The position numbers were made by a program, and so were the translations under genes. A stretch of DNA of 35,283 bases from a virus (Duplodnaviria; Caudoviricetes), in the IMG/VR virus record IMGVR_UViG_3300025084_001960, positions 1 through 35,283 of that record; one strand, 5' to 3'. Numbering within the stretch: position 1 is the stretch's first letter; each line of letters opens with the position of its first letter. The notes beneath the pieces are model-generated. The model saw only the letters and a program-made list of their open reading frames with translations, was not told where the DNA came from and searched no databases. Below are positions 1 through 6,272 of this stretch, piece after piece.

Positions 1-475
1 ACCTAAAAAAGATGAAGAAGAAAATGCAGGACAAGTTGGAAATGATGACTCTGATGACAATATTCTTGACGTCGATTACCTCGCTTATGACGGTTTAGAC
101 ATAGACTATTTAGAAGAAGACTTATCGTTCAACGAACTAGACATAGATTACCTAGATGTAAACTTTCTCGAAGACTTACTAGAAGTTATCGAAGAATTAG
201 ATGCACTTGCAATAAAAGAGCAAAGAGGTGCACAAGCTTTCTCAGAGTTTGACGTACAAGGTACATTATTTGGGCAAGACCCAACAACACAGATTTTAAC
301 ATTTGGAGACGCAGAAAAGATTACTCTTATTCGTAGCGTCATCCAATCAGTACAACTAGAGCTCAACGGTGAGACAAGCTACAATATAATAATAGAGCAA
401 GATGGTAAAACTTATAACATTATTCTTAATTCTGGTGACAACTCCACTATTCGCATCCGTCAATCTTCAGGTTGA
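1..475 (+). CDS. 5'-truncated CDS: acidic C-terminal part of a probable FecR-domain protein (missing from the ORF track)
   Basis: Frame 2 is open from 2 to TGA 473-475: PKKDEEENAG...LDIDYLEEDLSFNELDIDYLDVNFLEDLLEVIEELDA...NSGDNSTIRIRQSSG*. The FecR label is inferred from the recalled acidic LDxDYL/FLEDLL tail and from adjacency to a CHASE2 cyclase. The FecR domain itself would lie outside the window. Confidence 0.55.
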   Translation, partial: PKKDEEENAGQVGNDDSDDNILDVDYLAYDGLDIDYLEEDLSFNELDIDYLDVNFLEDLLEVIEELDALAIKEQRGAQAFSEFDVQGTLFGQDPTTQILTFGDAEKITLIRSVIQSVQLELNGETSYNIIIEQDGKTYNIILNSGDNSTIRIRQSSG

Positions 476-830
476 TATTCCCTGGGACTACGATCAAATA
501 GAAATAGACGGCAAACTCATAGAGCGTAGTGAGTTTACTATGAGATTAGATTGGGAAAACCCAATTCATAAATACTACGTTGTAATCAATGCATTAGATG
601 TACTAACTACTTATCATGCAGTACAACAAGGCTACGCAACCGAAGCAAATCCTTTTCTGCCTGACGACCCTTCTTTGACAAGGCTCGTAGCACATAAACT
701 AGTATGGGGTGAGATTGCACGTCACGGAGGTTTATTCTGGGAAGAAGATGAGAGTTTCTTATACTTCGCAAACTTTTTAGTAACTGTAGCCGTAGTAAAT
801 AACACTTGGATTATTATAGAGAATGAATAA
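402..830 (+). CDS. Exported/membrane protein, DUF5658-like (D-x-x-TT...EANP motif)
   Basis: N-terminal signal peptide (MVKLITLFLILVTTPLFA), NALDVLTTYHAV...EANPF motif and a hydrophobic C-terminal helix. Overlaps both neighbouring genes. Confidence 0.6.
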   Translation: MVKLITLFLILVTTPLFASVNLQVDIPWDYDQIEIDGKLIERSEFTMRLDWENPIHKYYVVINALDVLTTYHAVQQGYATEANPFLPDDPSLTRLVAHKLVWGEIARHGGLFWEEDESFLYFANFLVTVAVVNNTWIIIENE

Positions 831-2607
831 ATTAATCACAATTATACTTGCAATGGGACTACTTATATGGAATCCCTATCCTTTTCAGATTTTAGAACTC
901 AAAACATTTGATTACTTAATTATGAATACTGAACCAGTACAGAATGAGAACATACTTGTAGTAGACATAGATGAAGAGACAGTAAGTACTTACGGAGGCT
1001 GGCCTCTACCAAGAAGTGTTTACGGAGACGCTATAACACAAACCCAAGCAGTACCAGGAATTACAGTACTGATGCCAAACAAAGACCTACGAGGTCCAAT
1101 GCAAGATACATACTTTGAGCGAAGACTCGAAGTAACACCAACAGTGTTAGCCTACGCGGCATCAACACAAGTGCGCAACACAAAAGCCCCTCATGTAGGA
1201 ACTGCGCAGCTAGGAGAGGATCCATTACCATGGCTATACGAGTACCCAGGAATTATACCTACAGAACCCACGCTGGAATCAAAAATAAAGGGAATCGGAG
1301 TAGTAACCGCTACACCGGAAATAGACGGGGTTACTCGTCGTATTCCCCTAGTCGTAAACGTAGGGTCAAAACTCTACCCGAGTTTCGCCTTGGAACTCTT
1401 AAGAGTCGCAGTAAACGATCCTTCGTACCAGCTAAAAACAACAAGCGAAGGCGTTTCTTGGGTTAGAATACCAAACTATCCACTTATGAACACTGATGCA
1501 AATGCTCGTATCTTTCTTAACTGGAACACAACCTTCTATAAACAATCATTACTAGAATACTTACAAGAACCGATCGATGCACCTTTTGTAATCTTCGGCA
1601 CGACTGCAGAGGGAATAACAAACCCTGTGCCGACCCCTGCGGGGGCTAAATACCCACATGAAATACAAGCAAACATTTTACACAATCTTATCACAGGTAC
1701 CGCACCGTCTGCTCCAGCGTGGACTCTTTCTGGCAAGCTTGCCTTCGGTTTACTTAGCCTCACCTTATTGGCTCTTACGGTTAGTAGAGTCTATATTTCT
1801 ATAATAGCTTTAGTACTAGTAATAGTAGGTGCTATGTATGGTATGGGGTATGCTTATAAATCTTCCTACTTACTTAACCTTAATGGTGTCGTAGTAGTCT
1901 CGATTCTTTATTGGGGCTATCATACTTTCCTGAGTTTCCTTTCCGAGTATCGTCAGAAACTTCAAATCAAACAACAATTTGGGACGTACGTAAGTCCAGA
2001 CTTAGTAAAAAAATTACAGGAAGACCCAACATTACTGAGACTCGGTGGGTCGACCGAACAACTAACTTTTCTTTTTTCTGACATCAGAGGATTTACACCG
2101 ATTTCAGAAAAATATCAAAAAAATCCACAAGGACTTACGAGCCTCATTAATCGTTTCCTTGACAATCAGACTGAGATTATTCTCAAGCATGGAGGTACAA
2201 TAGATAAGTATATGGGAGATTGCATCATGGCTTTCTGGGGAGCTCCGCTTCCTGACGAGAATCATATAGAGAATGCAACAAAAGCGGCTATAGAAATGAG
2301 AATAGCCTTAGAGGAACTAAATGAAACACTTCGAGAAGAGGGCCTTGATCAAATTAATACAGGCGCTGGAATCAATTCCGGGCCGTGCGTGGTGGGTAAC
2401 TTTGGTAGTACTACACGCTTTGACTACAGTGTTCTGGGCGATGCTGTTAATCTGGCTGCTAGACTAGAATCAAGTTGTAAGAATTATGATGCGGATTTAA
2501 TTATATCCGAACACAGTTTAGTAGATGGTTATGAGTATGAGTTTCTAGACGAGGTAACTGTAAAAGGCAAGTCGGAACCAGTTAAAATCTATACCATACG
2601 AAAATAG
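823..2607 (+). CDS. CHASE2-domain transmembrane class III adenylate/guanylate cyclase (ATP-specific residues)
   Basis: CHASE2 motifs (VVDIDEE, GGWPLPR, DGVTRRIPL, YPSFALE, HEIQANIL), three TM helices, then a cyclase domain: FSDIRGFT, IDKYMGDCIMAFWGAP, GINSGPCVVGNFGS..RFDYSVLGDAVNLAARLES, VKGK. Both metal-binding Asp, the Lys/Asp adenine-specifying pair and the Asn/Arg catalytic pair are present. Confidence 0.93.
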   Translation: MNKLITIILAMGLLIWNPYPFQILELKTFDYLIMNTEPVQNENILVVDIDEETVSTYGGWPLPRSVYGDAITQTQAVPGITVLMPNKDLRGPMQDTYFERRLEVTPTVLAYAASTQVRNTKAPHVGTAQLGEDPLPWLYEYPGIIPTEPTLESKIKGIGVVTATPEIDGVTRRIPLVVNVGSKLYPSFALELLRVAVNDPSYQLKTTSEGVSWVRIPNYPLMNTDANARIFLNWNTTFYKQSLLEYLQEPIDAPFVIFGTTAEGITNPVPTPAGAKYPHEIQANILHNLITGTAPSAPAWTLSGKLAFGLLSLTLLALTVSRVYISIIALVLVIVGAMYGMGYAYKSSYLLNLNGVVVVSILYWGYHTFLSFLSEYRQKLQIKQQFGTYVSPDLVKKLQEDPTLLRLGGSTEQLTFLFSDIRGFTPISEKYQKNPQGLTSLINRFLDNQTEIILKHGGTIDKYMGDCIMAFWGAPLPDENHIENATKAAIEMRIALEELNETLREEGLDQINTGAGINSGPCVVGNFGSTTRFDYSVLGDAVNLAARLESSCKNYDADLIISEHSLVDGYEYEFLDEVTVKGKSEPVKIYTIRK

Positions 2608-2639
2608 TACTTGACACCAGGTATAATTTTTGATATAAT
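2601..2639 (+). promoter_or_regulatory. Consensus sigma70 promoter (TTGACA-17-TATAAT, extended -10 TG)
   Basis: TTGACA 2611-2616, 17-bp spacer, TG 2631-2632, TATAAT 2634-2639. The upstream AAAATAGT motif is shared with the promoters at 7827 and 32869. Confidence 0.9.
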
Positions 2640-2650
2640 TTGGATAAAGA

Positions 2651-2666
2651 TGTGGAAACTTCCACA
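2651..2666. promoter_or_regulatory. Palindrome TGTGG-N6-CCACA just downstream of the -10 box (operator or 5' RNA hairpin)
   Basis: TGTGGAAACTTCCACA is an inverted repeat with 7-bp arms, 12 bp after TATAAT. Confidence 0.45.
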
Positions 2667-2683
2667 AGCAAAAGGGGAATAAC

Positions 2684-2914
2684 ATGCAGGAAATTGAGCA
2701 GGTAGCTGCGGAATTAGCAAAACACGAAGCTATTTGTGCTGAACGCTGGAAGACGGTATTTAATAATTTAGAGAATATGGAGAAAGGAGCTGATAATAGA
2801 TTTAATGGAATTGACGATCAAGTCTCAAGAATAGAAACTATATTATTAGGATGCGCAGGGTTTTTACTCATGTCATTAATTGGCATCGTAGCAAGTATGT
2901 TTACAATTATGTAG
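2684..2914 (+). CDS. Small coiled-coil protein with a C-terminal TM helix (HEAICAERW type)
   Basis: SD AAGGGG upstream, heptad-like N-terminus and a hydrophobic C-terminus (ILLGCAGFLLMSLIGIVASMF). Confidence 0.75.
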   Translation: MQEIEQVAAELAKHEAICAERWKTVFNNLENMEKGADNRFNGIDDQVSRIETILLGCAGFLLMSLIGIVASMFTIM

Positions 2915-2923
2915 GAGAAAATC

Positions 2924-3103
2924 ATGGAAATGGATTACAAGAAAAAAGATATAACAAAAGCACCTAAGATGAAAAAGGTTGTTAAGAGAGAAGTACCAGA
3001 AGGATGGGAACTTTATGAAAAAAGAGGTATGTGGCATTTAAAAGGCACTAGCCTTGAAATATTTAAAACTAAGGAGTTAGCACTAGAATGGGTAAACAAA
3101 TAA
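2924..3103 (+). CDS. Hypothetical 59-aa protein (not in ORF track)
   Basis: SD AGGAG at about 2913, ATG 2924, MEMDYKKKDITKAPK...ELALEWVNK*, TAA 3101-3103. Fills the gap between coupled genes. Confidence 0.7.
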   Translation: MEMDYKKKDITKAPKMKKVVKREVPEGWELYEKRGMWHLKGTSLEIFKTKELALEWVNK

Positions 3104-3240
3104 AAGACGCACTACAAGATGCAGTGGAGAAAGAAAATGACTCTCCAGAACTTTCAGCAAGGGTAAAGAAACTTTTAGCAAGAAAGAAGAACCTAAGAAG
3201 AAAATCACATAACCCAAAGCGTATAAGACGTGATAAGTAA
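3088..3240 (+). CDS. Hypothetical 50-aa protein with a basic C-terminus (not in ORF track)
   Basis: SD AAGGAG 3071-3076, ATG 3088, MGKQIKDALQDAVEKENDSPELSARVKKLLARKKNLRRKSHNPKRIRRDK*. Overlaps both neighbours. Confidence 0.7.
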   Translation: MGKQIKDALQDAVEKENDSPELSARVKKLLARKKNLRRKSHNPKRIRRDK

Positions 3241-3733
3241 AGAACAACTAGCAAACGAATATACTTGGGTTCATGAGAACACTACTACAATGAGTGGTAG
3301 AACAACTATAAAGAACAAAGAAAAAATACATGAGGTGATTAAAAAAGTAAATCCTTACAATGTATTAGACTACGGATGTGGTAAAGGTTGGCAGTATACA
3401 AGACAAGAAGTCCACAAAGAGTGGGGTATACCAATGCCAAAGCTTTATGACCCGTATATGAAGGAGTATGCAAAGTTACCGGGAGTTAGTTCAAAGTATT
3501 TTGATTTAGTACTCTGTGTAGATGTTATGGAACATATACTACCAGATGAAGTAGATTCAATACTACATGAAGTTTTCTTTTTAGGAAATTTCTGTTACTT
3601 TCATATAGATACTAAACCAGCAATCAAAACGTTTAGTGATGGTACTAATTTTCACGTTAGTATACATTCACAAGATTGGTGGATAAATAAACTAAATGAG
3701 TATGGAACGAATTACCACGCAGACTTCGACTAA
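3230..3733 (+). CDS. Class I SAM-dependent methyltransferase
   Basis: Motif I VLDYGCGKG, YDP, and FDLVLCVDVMEHI. GTG start overlaps the upstream stop. No DNA-MTase motif IV (DPPY/NPPY/PC) seen. Confidence 0.85.
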   Translation: MISKEQLANEYTWVHENTTTMSGRTTIKNKEKIHEVIKKVNPYNVLDYGCGKGWQYTRQEVHKEWGIPMPKLYDPYMKEYAKLPGVSSKYFDLVLCVDVMEHILPDEVDSILHEVFFLGNFCYFHIDTKPAIKTFSDGTNFHVSIHSQDWWINKLNEYGTNYHADFD

Positions 3734-3884
3734 AAAGACACACGAAGAACGACTAAAGATATGTCAAAAATGTCCAAACTATAGTAAGTTTTGGAAGACT
3801 TGTAAGATATGTCATTGTTTTATGCCCCTCAAAACTAAATTAAGATGGGCTGAGTGTCCAGACGAGCCACCTCGTTGGACTTAG
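3696..3884 (+). CDS. Small Cys-rich metal-binding protein (DUF6171-like)
   Basis: RLKICQKCP...CKICHCFMPLKTKL...CP...W: CxxC, CxxCxC and a terminal CP..W pattern. Confidence 0.7.
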   Translation: MSMERITTQTSTKKTHEERLKICQKCPNYSKFWKTCKICHCFMPLKTKLRWAECPDEPPRWT

Positions 3885-3893
3885 GAGAGAGAG

Positions 3894-4049
3894 ATGCCCA
3901 AAGGCAAAGGAACTTACGGCTCTAAAAGAGGCCGACCAAAGAAGAAAGGCGGAAAGAAGAAAAAGTCAATGGGAGGCTTAACAGCTGCCCAAAAGAAACT
4001 ACCTAAGAAACTACAACAAGCGATCTTAAAAAGAAAGCGCAAGAAGTAA
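3894..4049 (+). CDS. 51-aa very basic protein with an AT-hook motif (not in ORF track)
   Basis: SD AGGAG at about 3883; MPKGKGTYGSKRGRPKKKGGKKKKSMGGLTAAQKKLPKKLQQAILKRKRKK*. 22 of 51 residues are K/R, there is no D/E, and it contains KRGRPKK. Confidence 0.8.
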   Translation: MPKGKGTYGSKRGRPKKKGGKKKKSMGGLTAAQKKLPKKLQQAILKRKRKK

Positions 4050-4781
4050 CCTGAGGAGGTGATCAAAGTTTAGGACTGGATGACCTTATACTAAGCTAAA
4101 GAGCATGATATTATATCATGACACGGAAAAATATCGAGGGGTCTCCAGTCCGCCCTTAACTAAAATTATGCAGAAAACACCATACGAAATATCAAGAACA
4201 TACTACTACGATAATGCAGTCCCAAGGGATAGGGAAGTGCCTGTATACTATGGTCAGATATTTTCTAGAAAAGGCAACACTAGATTCTTCAAGAAAGATA
4301 CTTGGGAAAGACTAGAGAACGAAGGCAGAGATAACTTTGGAGTTATCGGATTACAACCCTTCTGTATCTGGGCAGATGCACACACAATTAGCGTTCAAGA
4401 TGAAGTAATTACGATCACTCGAGACGCAACTAATAGTGTACGAAAATTCCAATATGGATTAGATAAGTTTAATACTATCTGCGTTAAAAATTTAGAAGAA
4501 GCAAGAAAGTTAGAAAATAATAATGCTAACTTTGGAGGTTTATATTGTGTAGATTTTAGCACTAAAAACCTTTATAGATATACTGTAAAAATAGAAAATA
4601 AAACTAGACTCGAGAGGATCTTGAATACTTATGTAACTGGACTACCGTGGTTTTACAGCCATGGCGGTAAGGTAAATAAGCAATCAATTTGGCGTGGTAA
4701 ATTAAACACGTTAAATGATAACCCTGGTGGCCAAGGCTACTAGGACGCGTATACATCGCAAGGAGTACTTTTTAGTACGAT
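4050..4781 (+). ncRNA. Candidate large structured RNA (about 730 nt) overlapping the 212-aa ORF
   Basis: More than 10 stems found by eye, including nested long-range ones (4073-4087/4138-4151; 4220-4226/4301-4307; 4394-4401/4618-4625). Several contain G-U pairs that work on the + strand. No family recognised. Confidence 0.5.
4105..4743 (+). CDS. Hypothetical 212-aa protein
   Basis: A long ORF that is unlikely by chance in AT-rich DNA. However, there is no SD next to the ATG, the ATG lies within a hairpin, and no motif is recognised. Confidence 0.55.
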   Translation: MILYHDTEKYRGVSSPPLTKIMQKTPYEISRTYYYDNAVPRDREVPVYYGQIFSRKGNTRFFKKDTWERLENEGRDNFGVIGLQPFCIWADAHTISVQDEVITITRDATNSVRKFQYGLDKFNTICVKNLEEARKLENNNANFGGLYCVDFSTKNLYRYTVKIENKTRLERILNTYVTGLPWFYSHGGKVNKQSIWRGKLNTLNDNPGGQGY

Positions 4782-4792
4782 AGGAGATAAGT

Positions 4793-4969
4793 ATGTTAGG
4801 ATTCTTTGAATGGTTAACAGCTTGGATAGCAGTATTACCGACAGTGGTAATGATCTGTTCTCTAATAGCAGCTTTGACTCCAACCCCTATAGATGACGGT
4901 TGGATGAAGAAAGTCTACATGTTAGTAGACTGGTTTGCCTTAAATGTTGGTAAAGCTAAAGACAAATAA
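4793..4969 (+). CDS. 58-aa membrane protein (TPTPxDD...ALNVGKAK type; possibly holin-like; not in ORF track)
   Basis: SD AGGAG 4782-4786; MLGFFEWLTAWIAVLPTVVMICSLIAALTPTPIDDGWMKKVYMLVDWFALNVGKAKDK*. Confidence 0.8.
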   Translation: MLGFFEWLTAWIAVLPTVVMICSLIAALTPTPIDDGWMKKVYMLVDWFALNVGKAKDK

Positions 4970-4979
4970 CATTTCGGGG

Positions 4980-5007
4980 GTATAGTGGGCTGAAATGCCC
5001 ACTATGC
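4980..5007 (+). other. Intergenic 11-bp hairpin without a U-tract
   Basis: GTATAGTGGGC-TGAAAT-GCCCACTATGC, immediately before the SD GAGGAG of the next gene. Confidence 0.65.
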
Positions 5008-5021
5008 ATTGAGGAGATTCA

Positions 5022-5219
5022 ATGGCAAGAAAAAGAAAGAAGGCCGCTAAGAAGCGTCCAGTACCTACAAACCCTACTCTTTATGCTAGAGTAAAAGCAC
5101 AAGCAAAGAGAAAGTTTAAGGTATACCCATCAGCGTATGCTAATGGATGGCTAGTAAAAACTTACAAAGCCAAAGGCGGAAGGTATCGTATGGGTACTGG
5201 ACGTAAAAGAAGGAAGTAA
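5022..5219 (+). CDS. Highly basic protein (YPSAYANGWLVKTYK..GG.Y motif, DUF5872-like)
   Basis: SD GAGGAG, no acidic residues, K/R-rich termini. Family assignment is from recall. Confidence 0.8.
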   Translation: MARKRKKAAKKRPVPTNPTLYARVKAQAKRKFKVYPSAYANGWLVKTYKAKGGRYRMGTGRKRRK

Positions 5220-5506
5220 TGGCAAAACCTAAAGGTGGATTAACTAAATGGTTCAAAGAAGGATGGGTAGACATCTCTCGTAAGAGAAAAGGTGGCGGAC
5301 ATCCTCCGTGTGGAAGAAAATCTGCACGAAGCAAGGGAGGCTATCCCAAATGCGTACCAGCTAGTAAAGCCCGTAGAATGACTTCGGCGCAGAAACGATC
5401 TGCAGTAACACGCAAGAGGAGAGCAGGTAATCCTGGCGGCAAGCCAAGGAATGTATCTACTTTTGTAAAACGAAAAAGAAGAACAACTAAGAGAAGGAGA
5501 AAGTAA
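5219..5506 (+). CDS. Highly basic protein (GGLTKWFKEGWVD...CGR...YPKCVP motif)
   Basis: TAATG-coupled to the previous gene. K/R-rich with two Cys. Confidence 0.8.
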   Translation: MAKPKGGLTKWFKEGWVDISRKRKGGGHPPCGRKSARSKGGYPKCVPASKARRMTSAQKRSAVTRKRRAGNPGGKPRNVSTFVKRKRRTTKRRRK

Positions 5507-5507
5507 G

Positions 5508-5705
5508 ATGACCAATCGTGCACTTGACCAGAAGTTTGAAATGACGCAAAGGTTGGCACAGATTGAGATATCAGTAGCAGCTCTTATAATAAAGAGACGC
5601 AGAACACTTTCCAATCTAATAAAACTGAAAAACTACGCTACTATGAAGGAGTGTGATTTTCGAGATAAGCAATTGAAAAAGCTTATAGGAGACAAAAATG
5701 GCTAG
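5508..5705 (+). CDS. Hypothetical helical protein
   Basis: SD AAGGAG upstream; tightly packed in the operon. Confidence 0.65.
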   Translation: MTNRALDQKFEMTQRLAQIEISVAALIIKRRRTLSNLIKLKNYATMKECDFRDKQLKKLIGDKNG

Positions 5706-5967
5706 AACAGGATCATTTTTAAGCGGACCTACTGGTGTACACAACACTCAAAAGATTCGTAAACATAAATTAAAGAGAGGTGTCACTAGAGACATGAACT
5801 CAGCTGCAGGTGCTACTGTAAACAGTAAAAACCCTAACAGTATGGAAGCTCTCAGATATGCCGCAGGAGCTAAAGCAGTTGGACCAAGATTTGGTAAGAC
5901 TACTAAGCCTAAGCGAGCAAAATTTAGTAAGAAAGGAGCAGGTAAGATACTTCGTAAAAGGAGATAA
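5698..5967 (+). CDS. Highly basic hypothetical protein
   Basis: SD AGGAG, only two acidic residues in 89 aa. Confidence 0.8.
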   Translation: MARTGSFLSGPTGVHNTQKIRKHKLKRGVTRDMNSAAGATVNSKNPNSMEALRYAAGAKAVGPRFGKTTKPKRAKFSKKGAGKILRKRR

Positions 5968-5969
5968 TC

Positions 5970-6260
5970 ATGCCACGTAAGCGCGACCCTAGACTAAAAA
6001 GAGCAGGTGTAAGTGGATTCAATAAGCCCAAACGAACACCTGGCCATCGTACTAAGTCACACATTGTAGTGGCAAAAGTAGGAAACAAGATTAAAACTAT
6101 ACGTTTTGGACAGAAAGGAGCTAAGACAGCAGGGAAACCTAAAGCTGGAGAGTCTCGTAGAATGAAGATGAAACGTAAAAGTTTTAAAGCTAGACATAGA
6201 AAGAATATTGCCCGAGGCAAGATGTCAGCAGCTTATTGGGCAAATAAAGTTAAATGGTAA
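5970..6260 (+). CDS. Highly basic protein (IRFGQKG...FKARH...SAAYWANKVKW, DUF5754-like)
   Basis: SD AAGGAG; FG.G / F.ARH / YW...W pattern. Family assignment is from recall. Confidence 0.8.
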   Translation: MPRKRDPRLKRAGVSGFNKPKRTPGHRTKSHIVVAKVGNKIKTIRFGQKGAKTAGKPKAGESRRMKMKRKSFKARHRKNIARGKMSAAYWANKVKW

Positions 6261-6272
6261 AAAGGAGATAAT

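Noticed and set aside
4051-4075. CTGAGGA resembles the hammerhead ribozyme core CUGANGA
   Set aside because: No stem II followed by GAAA and no stem I/III arrangement could be built.
4060-4104. Two in-frame TGA codons (4060, 4081) upstream of the 212-aa ORF, suggesting selenocysteine or recoding
   Set aside because: There is no ATG/GTG/TTG in that frame after TAA 4027, no redox motif context, and TGA is a normal stop elsewhere in the window.
4200-4750. Group I intron or homing-endonuclease reading of the structured region (AAAGACTAGA at about 4307 resembles the R element)
   Set aside because: No downstream S element to form P7, no interrupted host gene, and no LAGLIDADG, GIY-YIG or HNH motif in the ORF.
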